In this document: positions 27,934-37,361 of the stretch, piece by piece
Numbering within the stretch: position 1 is the stretch's first letter
How the letters are laid out: each line of letters opens with the position of its first letter
NCBI GenBank assembly: GCA_964395275.1
Contig: CAYNBQ010000007.1
Span: 1 to 62,141, forward strand
Length of the DNA: 62,141 bases
DNA from: an uncultured Verrucomicrobiota bacterium
GTDB taxonomy: Bacteria > Verrucomicrobiota > CALLYA01 > CAYNBQ01
Direction: 5' to 3'
The notes under the pieces: model-generated
The model's database searches: none
What the model was told of the DNA's origin: nothing
Seen by the model: the letters and a program-made list of their open reading frames with translations, nothing else
Translations under genes and position numbers: made by a program

Positions 27934-30054
27934 ATGTCGACTCACAAACACGGAAACGGCGGGGGACCGTCGCACGACGGTCACGGGCACGACGAGCGGA
28001 CCGGCGCCCACGCGCACGAAGGCGGAGATCACCGCCATCCCGAAGGCCGCGAGGTCCGGGATCACGGGGTCTCCCACGATCACGGGGCCCACGACCATCA
28101 GGACCATCACGCGCACATGGTCGAGGATTTCCGCCGCCGGTTCTGGGGCTGCCTCGTTCTCACGATTCCGATCCTCCTCCTTTCGCCGGCGATTCAATCG
28201 TTCCTCGGCATCGAAGGAATCGTTTCGTTTCCCGGACAGCAGTGGGTGCTCCTGGTTCTGGCCTCGGTCGTCTACTTCTGGGGCGGGCGCCCGTTCCTGA
28301 AAGGCATGTTCGACGAACTCGGCGAACGGCGGCCGGGGATGATGACCCTGATCGCGGTTGCCATCACCGTTTCCTACGTCTACAGCGCCGCGGTGGTGCT
28401 GGGATTGGAAGGAAAGGTCTTCTTCTGGGAACTGGCCACGCTGATCGACATCATGCTCCTGGGGCACTGGATCGAGATGAAATCCGTCCTCGGCGCGTCG
28501 AAGGCCCTGGAGGAGCTGGTCAAGCTGCTGCCCTCGACGGCGCACCGACTCGAGGAAGACGGGACCGTGCGGGACGTTCCCCTGGAAGATCTGCGCGGGG
28601 GCGAACGGATCCTCGTGCGTCCCGGCGAGAAGTTTCCGACGGACGGGACCGTCCTGGACGGCGCCACGACGGCCAACGAATCCCTGCTGACCGGCGAATC
28701 GCTGCCCGTTAAGAAAGCCGCGGGTGACCCGGTCATCGGCGGGGCGATCAACGGGGACGGTTCCGTGACGATGCGGGTCGACCGTGTGGGGGACGACACC
28801 TTTCTCGCCCAGGTGGTCGCCATGGTCCGCAAGGCGCAGAGTTCGAAGTCGGCGACGCAGGACCTGGCCAACCGCGTCGCCCTGTACCTGACGATCGTGG
28901 CCCTGTCGGTCGGCGCCCTGACCTTCCTGGTCTGGTGGTTGCTGAGACGGGAGTTGCCCTTTGCCATCGAGCGGATGGTGACCGTGATGGTCACCACCTG
29001 CCCGCACGCGTTGGGTCTGGCGGTGCCGCTGGTGGTGGCGGTTTCCACGGCGATCGCCGCGCGCCGGGGGTTGCTGGTGCGCAACCGGGTCGCCTTCGAA
29101 CAGGCGCGCCTGGTGGACACGGTGGTCTTCGACAAGACGGGAACGCTCACCGAAGGAAAGTTCGGGGTGCGATCGGTCATCGCGTTCCGGGACGACACGA
29201 GCGAGGAGGAGATCCTGCGGCGGGCCGCCGCCCTCGAGGTCCTCTCCGAACACCCGATCGCCGCCGGGATCGTCCGGGCGGCGAAGGAACGGTCGGTCCC
29301 CGTCGAACCGGCGAAGGATTTTGAGGTGATGAAGGGGCGGGGCGTGCGGGGAACGGTCGGAGATCGTTCGGTCGCCGTCGTCAGCCCCGGCTACCTGGCG
29401 GAACGGTCGATCGACTGGGACGAGACGCGGCTGGCCGGAGCGGACACCGAGGGATGCACCGTCGTCTTCGTCGTGGAAGACGACCGGCTCGTGGGCGCCG
29501 TCGCCCTCGGCGACACCGTCCGTCCGGAATCGGCGGACGCGGTGCGCACGCTGCACGAGATGGACATCCGCTGCTACATGCTCACCGGCGACAAGGAAGA
29601 GGTCGCCGCGGCGGTCTCAAAGACCCTGGGGCTCGACGGCTATTTTGCCCAGGTGCTGCCGGATCAGAAGGCCGTCAAGATCCGCGAACTGATGGACGGC
29701 GGGGCGCGGGTGGCCATGACGGGCGACGGGATCAACGACGCTCCGGCGCTGGCCACGGCCGACGTGGGGATCGCCGTCGGCGCCGGGACGGACGTGGCCG
29801 TGGAGACGGCCGACGTGATCCTCGTGCGGAGCGATCCCCGGGACATCGCGGGGGTGTTCGTGCTGGCCCGGCGCACCTATCGCAAGATGGTGCAGAATCT
29901 CCTCTGGGCCGTGGGATACAACGTCGTGGCGATCCCCCTGGCGGCCGGCGTGCTGGCGTCCAGGGGCGTGCTCCTGACCCCGGCGGCCGGAGCGGTGCTC
30001 ATGTCGTTGAGCACGGTGATCGTGGCGATCAACGCCCGATTGCTGCGCGCCTGA
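27934..30054 (+). CDS. copB: Copper P1B-type ATPase, CopB-like (His-rich N-terminus, CPH motif)
   Basis: N-terminus HKHGNGGGPSHDGHGHDERTGAHAHEGGDHRH...HDHGAHDHQDHHAH. TM6 motif TTCPHALGLAVP. Also FDKTGTLTEG, MTGDGINDAPAL and TGES. Confidence 0.9.
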   Translation: MSTHKHGNGGGPSHDGHGHDERTGAHAHEGGDHRHPEGREVRDHGVSHDHGAHDHQDHHAHMVEDFRRRFWGCLVLTIPILLLSPAIQSFLGIEGIVSFPGQQWVLLVLASVVYFWGGRPFLKGMFDELGERRPGMMTLIAVAITVSYVYSAAVVLGLEGKVFFWELATLIDIMLLGHWIEMKSVLGASKALEELVKLLPSTAHRLEEDGTVRDVPLEDLRGGERILVRPGEKFPTDGTVLDGATTANESLLTGESLPVKKAAGDPVIGGAINGDGSVTMRVDRVGDDTFLAQVVAMVRKAQSSKSATQDLANRVALYLTIVALSVGALTFLVWWLLRRELPFAIERMVTVMVTTCPHALGLAVPLVVAVSTAIAARRGLLVRNRVAFEQARLVDTVVFDKTGTLTEGKFGVRSVIAFRDDTSEEEILRRAAALEVLSEHPIAAGIVRAAKERSVPVEPAKDFEVMKGRGVRGTVGDRSVAVVSPGYLAERSIDWDETRLAGADTEGCTVVFVVEDDRLVGAVALGDTVRPESADAVRTLHEMDIRCYMLTGDKEEVAAAVSKTLGLDGYFAQVLPDQKAVKIRELMDGGARVAMTGDGINDAPALATADVGIAVGAGTDVAVETADVILVRSDPRDIAGVFVLARRTYRKMVQNLLWAVGYNVVAIPLAAGVLASRGVLLTPAAGAVLMSLSTVIVAINARLLRA

Positions 30055-30119
30055 TCGTGGACGACGGCCTTCCCCCGGGGCATGCGGAAGGCGCGACGGC
30101 CGGCGTTCCGTCCCGGCGG

Positions 30120-32324
30120 TCAGGCGCCGGCGTCGGGTTCCCGGGTGCGCAACAGCCGCAGGCTGTTGAAGATTACCACCAGCGAAGCGCCCATGTCGGC
30201 GGCGATCGCCATCCAGAGCGTGGCCCGGCCCGCCAGCGTCAGGCCCATGAAGAGCGCCTTGACGGCCAGCGCGAAACCGATGTTCCAGCGGATCGTGCTC
30301 AGGGTGCGCTGCGCATGCCGGATCATCCATGGGACCCGCGCCAGGTCGTCGGTCATCAGGGCGATGTCGGCCGTCTCGATGGCGGCGTCCGTCCCGGCCG
30401 CTCCCATGGCGATGCCGAGCGAGGCCGCGGCCAGCGCCGGAGCGTCGTTGACACCGTCGCCGATCATGGCGGCGGGGGGATGGGCCCGGACGAGTTCCTC
30501 GACGATCCGGAGCTTGTCTTCCGGCAGCAGTTCGGCGCGGACCTCGTCGACGCCGGCCTCGCGGGCGACCGCCTCGGCCGTCCCCCGGTTGTCGCCGGTG
30601 AGCATCACGATCCGTTCGACGCCGGCGTCCTTCAGGGCGCGCAGGGCGGCCGCCGCCTCGGGACGGATGGAATCGGCGACGCTGATCAGTCCGCAGACAT
30701 GTTCGTCGTTGCCGATCGCAACGATCGAATGGCCGGCGTCTTCCATGGAAAGAGCCTGTTGATGGAGTTCCTCGGGTTCCGCGGCCTTCTCGTGCAGGAA
30801 CCGGTGGCTGCCGAGCCAGAAGGGGCGTCCGTAGACGAGACCTTCGGCGCCCTTGCCCTGGACGGCCTGCACGTCCTCGGCCGGCGGAACTTCGATCCCT
30901 TCGCGTTGCGCGTGGCGGAGGATCGCTCGGGCCAGGGGATGGGAACTGTGGGTTTCGAGGGCGGCGGCGCGTTCGAGAAGTTCCCGGGGCGTGTGGTCGT
31001 TCAGGGGAAGGATTTCCTGGACTTCGGGGCGGCCGAAGGTGAGCGTCCCGGTCTTGTCCAGGGCGACGGCCCGCAGGCGGCCCGCCGTTTCCAGGTGCAC
31101 GCCGCCCTTGATCAGAACGCCTCCGCGCGCCGCGGAGGCCAGGGCCGCGACGATGCTCACGGGAGTGGAGATCACCAGCGCGCAGGGACAGGCGATCACC
31201 AGGATCACCAGCGCCTCGTAGAACCAGCGGCTCCATTCGCCGCCGAAGGCGAGCGGGGGAACGACCGCGATCAGGGCGGCCAGCAGGATCATCGCCGGGG
31301 TGTAGTAGCGGGCGAAACGTTCCACCCATTGCTCCGAGGGGGCCCGGCGCGACTGCGCCTCTTCCACCATCCGGATGATGCGCGAGAGGGTCGTGTCCCC
31401 CGCCGCGCGGGTCGAGGTGAACTCGATCGATCCGTCCCCGTTGATCGTGCCGGCGAAGACTTCGTCGCCCTCCTCCTTCTCCACCGGCATGGACTCGCCG
31501 GTGATCGGCGCCTCGTTGACGGTGGTGGTTCCGCGGGTGACCACGCCGTCCAGGGGGATCTTCTCCCCGGGGCGGACCAGCACCGTGACGCCGACGGGCA
31601 CCTGCGCGACGGGCTTTTCCAGGACGTCGCCGTCGTGCGGACAGAGGTAGCGCGCCGTGGTCGGGGAGAGATCCATGAGGGATTCGATCGCCCGGCGCGC
31701 ACGGCCGACGCTCCAGGATTCCAGCAGGAGCGAGAAGGAGAAGAGGAAGGCGACCGCCGCCGCTTCGAACCATTCCCCGAGGATCACCGCGCCGATCACG
31801 GCGATCGTCATCAGCAGGTTCATGTCGGCGCGGAGACGCCGCGCGGCGTTCACGGCCCTCGGGAAGACGAACCAGGCGCCGGCGACGATCGACAGCCCGT
31901 AGAAGACGAGGCTGACGAGGGGGAACCGATGGGCTTCCAGGCCGTGGCCGCCGGTCAGGGCATCGAGGACGCTTCCGTGGATCGCGGCGTGCGAGAGGAA
32001 CCCGAGAAGCAGCAGGATGCCGCTGGCGGCGCAGAACAGAACCCGCCCCCGCTTCTGCCAGAAGGTTTCCTCGACGACGCAGACCGTGCACGCCTCGCCG
32101 TCGGCGCCTTCCGGGATCGGCACCCCTTCCAGGCCGGCCCTGCGGACGGCCTCGAGGATCGCGGCTTCGTCGATGCTTTCGGGGAAGAAGGCGACCGTCA
32201 TGGTGGCGTTCAACAGGTTGAAATCCAGGGATTCGACGCCGTCCAGCGAGCCCACCGTTTTCTGGAGGGCGCGGGTCTCTTCGGCGCAGTCCATCCCCCG
32301 GATCAGGTAGCGTTTCGTCGTCAT
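30120..32324 (-). CDS. zntA: Zn/Cd/Pb P1B-2-type ATPase (ZntA/CadA-like)
   Basis: ORF 30120..33107 trimmed to ATG 32324 (MTTKRYLIRGMDCAEE, an HMA-like domain). ACPCALVISTP is the CPC motif. Also LDKTGTLT, GDGVNDAPAL, TM7 Lys (FALAVKALF) and TM8 ADMGASL as in ZntA. Confidence 0.85.
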   Translation of the reverse strand: MTTKRYLIRGMDCAEETRALQKTVGSLDGVESLDFNLLNATMTVAFFPESIDEAAILEAVRRAGLEGVPIPEGADGEACTVCVVEETFWQKRGRVLFCAASGILLLLGFLSHAAIHGSVLDALTGGHGLEAHRFPLVSLVFYGLSIVAGAWFVFPRAVNAARRLRADMNLLMTIAVIGAVILGEWFEAAAVAFLFSFSLLLESWSVGRARRAIESLMDLSPTTARYLCPHDGDVLEKPVAQVPVGVTVLVRPGEKIPLDGVVTRGTTTVNEAPITGESMPVEKEEGDEVFAGTINGDGSIEFTSTRAAGDTTLSRIIRMVEEAQSRRAPSEQWVERFARYYTPAMILLAALIAVVPPLAFGGEWSRWFYEALVILVIACPCALVISTPVSIVAALASAARGGVLIKGGVHLETAGRLRAVALDKTGTLTFGRPEVQEILPLNDHTPRELLERAAALETHSSHPLARAILRHAQREGIEVPPAEDVQAVQGKGAEGLVYGRPFWLGSHRFLHEKAAEPEELHQQALSMEDAGHSIVAIGNDEHVCGLISVADSIRPEAAAALRALKDAGVERIVMLTGDNRGTAEAVAREAGVDEVRAELLPEDKLRIVEELVRAHPPAAMIGDGVNDAPALAAASLGIAMGAAGTDAAIETADIALMTDDLARVPWMIRHAQRTLSTIRWNIGFALAVKALFMGLTLAGRATLWMAIAADMGASLVVIFNSLRLLRTREPDAGA

Positions 32325-32681
32325 CAACGGGTTCCCGTTCCCCGGAGGAGTCCTTCCGGCCGCAGGCGATCCGGTCCGATCCGGCTCCGCTGTCCGGGAA
32401 GCCGGAGGGACGGAACAGGACGAAAACGATTTCTCCCCCGCAGGATTTCGGTCTTGCTGCGAATCCTGCGAAAGATAGACGGCCTCCCGACTCCGCGCAA
32501 GGACGCCGGGGGGAGCGCCAGATGGATCGGATTTCCCGGCAGGGCCGGATTCGCACCGGCGAACCGGGCGGTCGGCGCCTCTTCCTTCGGGAGGAGAGAG
32601 GCGACTACTCCGGGGGAGTCGATCGGCGGGGCGCGGACCGTCGATTTGCGGCGTCGCGCGGATGCGGCCGGACCTTTTCCC

Positions 32682-32710
32682 TTGATTCAGAACTTGCCTC
32701 CTCCGATACT
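32682..32710 (+). promoter_or_regulatory. Sigma70-like promoter candidate for the gene at 32769
   Basis: TTGATT-N17-GATACT in a locally AT-richer stretch, about 58 nt upstream of the ATG. Confidence 0.35.
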
Positions 32711-32768
32711 GTTCCCGAATGGGGTTGTGAGGGGTGTATCCATCTTCGATGGGGGTTCGAAGGGGGAG

Positions 32769-34022
32769 ATGATGATGAAGCGGTTCGCATGCGCGGTGGT
32801 CGTAGGCGTCGTATTCACTGGACTGACGGCCTGGGGCGGACAGATCTGCCAGAATCCGGGGTTCGACAACGGCCTCAACTACTGGACCCAATGGTGGGCC
32901 TCGTGGGGGGGGAACAACAGTTATCTCGATACCGGAAACGGCGTTCCGGCCCCCTGCCTCGGCCATTCCGGCGGGGGCAGCCAGGGGCGGTACCAGAGAA
33001 TCGTTCCGCCGTCGACGGGCACGTATACCGTCTGGGCCGACTGGAAGGGCGACAGCATCAGTTGGGCCGAGGTGATGTTCTTCCAGATCAGCTCCGGCGC
33101 AAGCCACAACGACATCGTATCCAGGTTGGACGGGGGCGCCGCGGGCGATATCGCGTACAAGAAGGACGCGTGGGGAATGAATCCGCCCACGACCTGGAAC
33201 TGGGAAGACGCGCGCAAGTCAAAGCATCCCCAAGGGAACAAGGGCACGATCACCGTCACGAGCGGGAACGTTATCATCGTCGGAACGAAACTGGGCAACG
33301 GCGGATCTCTCTGGTACGACAACTTCGAGGTGTTCGGAGAACCCACCCTGGCCCTGATCACCTCCTTCGAAGGGGAGTCTTCCGGGACGGACGTCGTGAT
33401 TCGCTGGCAGACCGCCTTCGAGCTGAAGACGGCGGGCTTTTACCTGGAACGGTACGATCCCGATTTCGGCGGCTATGTCCGGGTGAACGAAGATCTGATC
33501 CCCGCCTCGCCGGATCCGGCCGGGGCGACCTACGAGGTCGTTGATCCGCTGGCCTTTCCCGGGGCGACGTTCAGCTACCGGCTGATCGAACTGGAAACGA
33601 CCGGCTTCGAACGCGCCTACGGACCGTACGACATCACGATCGACGGCGACGGTCCTTCCTTCGAGGAATGGAAGGAGTGGATGTTCACCGCAGAACAGCT
33701 CGGCGACCCGCGGATCTGCGGCATGTGGATGGACGGCGACGGCGACGGCCAGCCGAACGCCGTGGAATACCTCTGCGGAACCGATCCGACGGATCCCAAT
33801 TCGGCCTTCCGGATCCTCGATATGCGCCCGGTCAAGGACGGGATGCTGCTGATCTGGTCCAGCGCCGAAGGACGCGCCTACCGGGTGGAATGCGCCGAGG
33901 GCGCCATGAACGCCTTCCGGGCGGTCACGGATCTCCTGCCGGCCCAGCCGCCGATCAACGCCTGCGTCCTGCCCGAATCCGACTCGGGGGTTTCCATCTA
34001 CCGGATCGCCGTCGAACCGTAG
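32769..34022 (+). CDS. Secreted protein: CBM_4_9-like N-terminal domain, Fn3-like domain, TSP3-like Ca-binding repeat and a shared C-terminal module
   Basis: This is the real part of the chimeric ORF 29454..34022. ATG 32769 has a GGGGGAG RBS. Signal peptide MMMKRFACAVVVGVVFTGLTAWG. Also NPGFDNGLNYW...WYDNFEV and DGDGDGQPNAVEYLCGTDPTDPNS. Confidence 0.7.
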   Translation: MMMKRFACAVVVGVVFTGLTAWGGQICQNPGFDNGLNYWTQWWASWGGNNSYLDTGNGVPAPCLGHSGGGSQGRYQRIVPPSTGTYTVWADWKGDSISWAEVMFFQISSGASHNDIVSRLDGGAAGDIAYKKDAWGMNPPTTWNWEDARKSKHPQGNKGTITVTSGNVIIVGTKLGNGGSLWYDNFEVFGEPTLALITSFEGESSGTDVVIRWQTAFELKTAGFYLERYDPDFGGYVRVNEDLIPASPDPAGATYEVVDPLAFPGATFSYRLIELETTGFERAYGPYDITIDGDGPSFEEWKEWMFTAEQLGDPRICGMWMDGDGDGQPNAVEYLCGTDPTDPNSAFRILDMRPVKDGMLLIWSSAEGRAYRVECAEGAMNAFRAVTDLLPAQPPINACVLPESDSGVSIYRIAVEP

Positions 34023-34171
34023 GCGCGGAGACCTTCCTCCGGAGCCGGGGCGACTCCGGCTCGGTGGGTCCCGCAGAGGACGCATCTGCCGCGCCGGGCC
34101 GGCGCGGGGCTGGAGGTTGCGTCCGTTGAACGCTATCCTCCCGCCGGAAGTCGCTCTGTGAGGGGGTCGCG

Positions 34172-34810
34172 ATGCGACGACGGACGGTGCTTCTGTTCCT
34201 TACTCTGATCCTCGGTTCGGTCCTGCCGATGTCGGCATGGGCCGCGTGCGGCTGGCCTCCGAACCCCGACGTCGAGTTTCCGGAAGACGGCGTCGTCCTC
34301 ATCACGCTCTACGGGACGTGGTGCAACAGTTGTTCGCCGACGATCTGGAGATCGACGATCGTCGGCGACGAGATCCGGGTCGACCTGGCCCATTCCTCGG
34401 GGATCTGCCTGCCCGCGGCCAGGGACTGGTCGTCCACGGTCGTGATCGAGAACGTCCCCGAGGGGCGCTACCGTCTCGTGGCGCGCCTGTACGCTTCCAC
34501 CGCGCCCGGGGATCCGCCGACGCTGGAAGAGGGGCCGGATTTCCTGGCCGAATTCCACACGCCCGGTCGTTTCCGCATCGACCGCGCGCAACGGTCCGGC
34601 GGGATTTCCCTGCGGTGGACCGGGCTGGGCCCGAGCTACCGTTACACGGTGGAGACGTCCGGGGTTCCCGGTTCGGACGCGGAATGGAGCCCGGCGGATC
34701 CCCCCGGCCAATGGCCGGTGGACGGTACGGAATGGACCGGCCCGGCTCCGGAGACGGGCCGGATTTTCTACCGCGTCCGCGCGGAGTACGTGCCGACCTT
34801 CCGGGAATGA
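34172..34810 (+). CDS. Secreted hypothetical protein ending in the same C-terminal module
   Basis: GAGGGGG RBS. Signal peptide MRRRTVLLFLTLILGSVLPMSAWA. The C-terminus RFRID...ISLRWTG...YRYTVE...RIFYRVRAEY parallels the C-termini of 32769..34022 and 37362..40013. Confidence 0.65.
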   Translation: MRRRTVLLFLTLILGSVLPMSAWAACGWPPNPDVEFPEDGVVLITLYGTWCNSCSPTIWRSTIVGDEIRVDLAHSSGICLPAARDWSSTVVIENVPEGRYRLVARLYASTAPGDPPTLEEGPDFLAEFHTPGRFRIDRAQRSGGISLRWTGLGPSYRYTVETSGVPGSDAEWSPADPPGQWPVDGTEWTGPAPETGRIFYRVRAEYVPTFRE

Positions 34811-34814
34811 ATCC

Positions 34815-34857
34815 GGCGATCGGCGGTCGGCCGCCGCGCAAGAAGGGGCCGATCGCC
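34815..34857 (+). terminator. Nested GC-rich inverted repeat just after the stop of 34172..34810
   Basis: The outer arms are GGCGATCGGC and GCCGATCGCC. They enclose CGGCGG-tcgg-CCGCCG. No U-tract follows. Confidence 0.3.
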
Positions 34858-35016
34858 GGGCGTCCCCTGTCCCGGGGGCGTCCCGTTTTCCGGGCCCGCG
34901 GTGGCGCGGCCGGCCGTTTCGGGGTAGAGTCTTCCTGTTTCTTAGAACCCGCGTGGCCGACGTTCGGGCCGGCGGCACGATGAGACGTGCGGCGCGCAGA
35001 ACCGAGGAGAATCGAG

Positions 35017-35991
35017 ATGAGGGGCAAGGGTTGGTTGAGATGGGCCTGCGGGTCGCTGGCGTTCGTGTTCGTTGCGGCGGCGGTGGGGATCGAACTGGGA
35101 GATCCGGCGCCGCCCCTGAAGGTGAAGGAATGGGTCAAGGGCGGTCCCGTCGATCTTGCAAAGGGCAAGGGCAAGAACGTCTACGTCGTCGAGTTCTGGG
35201 CGACGTGGTGTCCGCCGTGCCGGACGAGCATTCCGCACCTGACCGAGTTGCAGAAGAAGTACAAGGACAAGAACGTCGTCGTCATCGGCATCAGCAGTTC
35301 CGACAAGGACGTCGACAAGGTGAAGGCCTTCGTCGAATCGATGGGCGACAAGATGGGATACGTTGTGGCCTACGAGGACCGCCTCGAGAGTCCGACGGCC
35401 GACGCCTACATGAAGGCCTTCCACCAGAACGGCATTCCCACGGCCTTCATCGTGGACAAGCAGGGCCGGATCGCCTGGATCGGCCATCCGATGACGATCG
35501 ACACGCCCCTCGAGCAGGTGGTGGCGGGCACCTTCGACCTGGAAGCTTCGAAGAAGGAGTTCAAGAAACAGCAGGAGGAGGTCCGTCTCCAGCGCGATTT
35601 GAACAAGCCCATCGGCGAGTACATGGAATTCGCCAAGGCCGGCGACGAGGAGGAGGCGAAGAAGCGCGGGGCGGAGATCCTCTCGAAGATCGAGGAGTAT
35701 CCGAACCTCCTGAACGCCTTCTCATGGATCATCCTGACGGCCCCCGGCCTGGAGTTCCGCGACACCGCCCTGGCACTGAAGGGTGCGGAAAAGGCCAATG
35801 CCCTCACCAAGGGGGAGGATTTCAGCGTTCTGGACACCTATGCGCGCGCCCTGTGGGCCAACGGCAAGAAGGAAGAGGCGATTCAGCAGCAGGAAAAGGC
35901 CCTGGAACTCGCTCCCGAAGGCCGCGCGAAAGAGGCCATGCAGAAATCGCTCGACGCCTACAAGGCCGGCGAAGATCCGCCGACGAAGTAA
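35017..35991 (+). CDS. TlpA/ResA-like thiol:disulfide oxidoreductase with a C-terminal helical (TPR-like) domain
   Basis: ORF 34987..35991 trimmed to ATG 35017 (GAGGAGA RBS). It has a membrane anchor. FWATWCPPC is the thioredoxin active site. The C-terminal region is helical and Ala/Lys/Glu-rich. Confidence 0.8.
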   Translation: MRGKGWLRWACGSLAFVFVAAAVGIELGDPAPPLKVKEWVKGGPVDLAKGKGKNVYVVEFWATWCPPCRTSIPHLTELQKKYKDKNVVVIGISSSDKDVDKVKAFVESMGDKMGYVVAYEDRLESPTADAYMKAFHQNGIPTAFIVDKQGRIAWIGHPMTIDTPLEQVVAGTFDLEASKKEFKKQQEEVRLQRDLNKPIGEYMEFAKAGDEEEAKKRGAEILSKIEEYPNLLNAFSWIILTAPGLEFRDTALALKGAEKANALTKGEDFSVLDTYARALWANGKKEEAIQQQEKALELAPEGRAKEAMQKSLDAYKAGEDPPTK

Positions 35992-36121
35992 CCGGCCCGG
36001 GATCGGCGCTTTTCCCTGCGGGGCGGAAGTCGTTCGCGAACCGGCCGGGCTCCGCGGAGATCCTTCCGGTCGCCGCGGGGTTCCCGGTTCGGCGGGGCGC
36101 ATCCCGGGCGAAACCGGGTTC

Positions 36122-37216
36122 TCAGTGGGCGCCGCCGGCCGTCAATCCGTAGCCGATCACCACGTACAGAAAGTACATCGCCAGCAGCGGGGCCCCCATC
36201 CAGCGGGAGAACCTGCCCTTCGGCACCGAAAGGGAAATCAGGATCCGGAAGAAAAGAAGGATCGTCAGCATCGCCGGCAGATGGACCACGAGCAGAACCT
36301 CGGGCAGCCGCGATGCCGGATGCGGATCGAAGATCGGCAGCGGTGCGGCGACCGCCGAGGCGCCGACGACGAAGAGCACGTTGAGGATATCGGCGCCGAT
36401 GACGTTGCCGACGACCAGGTCGCCGTGGCCCTTGCGGATCCCGGAGATCGCCGTGGCGAGTTCGGGCAGCGACGTTCCAAAGGCGACCAGGGTGCCGGCG
36501 ATGACGGCGTCCGGAACTCCGAGACGCACGGCCATGGTCGTGGCCGAACAGACCAGAACGCGGCTGGAGAAGATGATCACGACCAGGCCGGCGGCGGCAA
36601 GAACGATCATCAGGGGCAGCGGCGCGTGTTTCTGTTCCGGAGGGGTTTCGACATGGGGCAGCACCGTCAGATCCGGTTCCGTTCCCGGATGCTGACGGGC
36701 CCACCGCACGGAGACGGCGAGATAAGCCACCAGCAGTCCGAGGAGCAGCAGGCCCACGGGACGGCCCAGCGTCGCGGCGGATCCGTGGAAGAAGGCCGTT
36801 CCATAGGCGATCGCCGCAAGCAGCACGGCGCTGAAGAACTGCACCCAGCCCTGCCGGTTCAGGACGAAGCGGTCGGCTGCGATCGGCGAGAAAAGACAGG
36901 CGATGCCGAAGATCAACCCGGTGTCGGCGATGATCGATCCCACGGCGTTCCCGAGGGCGAGACCGGGTTGACCCTGCCAGGCGGCCATGACGGAAACGGC
37001 CGCCTCGGGGCTCGTCGTCCCCAGGGAAACCACCGTTGCCCCCACGATGATCTTCGGGATGCCGAGACGATGCGCGACGGCGACGATGTTGTCGACCAGC
37101 AGATCCGCGCCCTTCGTCAGGGCGTACAACGCTGCGGCGAAGATCGGCAGCAGCGCCGCCCACGGCAATCCGTCGAACCATGCCTGGGGGATGAGATGTT
37201 CCAAGGGCAGAGTCAC
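36122..37216 (-). CDS. Ca2+/cation antiporter (CaCA family, YrbG-like)
   Basis: Two alpha-repeats, GTTSPEAAVS and GTSLPELATA, and about 10 TM helices. The start is uncertain (GTG 37216 or TTG 37204). Confidence 0.8.
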   Translation of the reverse strand: MTLPLEHLIPQAWFDGLPWAALLPIFAAALYALTKGADLLVDNIVAVAHRLGIPKIIVGATVVSLGTTSPEAAVSVMAAWQGQPGLALGNAVGSIIADTGLIFGIACLFSPIAADRFVLNRQGWVQFFSAVLLAAIAYGTAFFHGSAATLGRPVGLLLLGLLVAYLAVSVRWARQHPGTEPDLTVLPHVETPPEQKHAPLPLMIVLAAAGLVVIIFSSRVLVCSATTMAVRLGVPDAVIAGTLVAFGTSLPELATAISGIRKGHGDLVVGNVIGADILNVLFVVGASAVAAPLPIFDPHPASRLPEVLLVVHLPAMLTILLFFRILISLSVPKGRFSRWMGAPLLAMYFLYVVIGYGLTAGGAH

Positions 37217-37361
37217 CTTCCCGGGGTCGAAACACCCATTTCCCGAGCGGGAATCCGTTTCCGGGGAACCGAACGCGTATCATGGATCCGCCCGGGCGGC
37301 AACCGGAGATCGGGAATCGTCGTCGCTGCGGGATCGGAAGGGCGACCGGACCGGTCCGGAT

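Noticed and set aside
18471-32324. Metal-resistance cluster as a mobile genomic island
   Set aside because: I see no integrase, transposase, tRNA attachment site or flanking direct repeats. By eye there is no obvious compositional break from the flanking DNA. This cannot be excluded without comparative genomics.
29454-34022. 1522-aa + ORF spanning the copB 3' end, the zntA antisense strand and the 32769 gene
   Set aside because: It is a chimera. Only the last 417 codons (from ATG 32769, with an RBS and a signal peptide) look like real protein. The upstream part is out-of-frame copB, antisense zntA and intergenic read-through.
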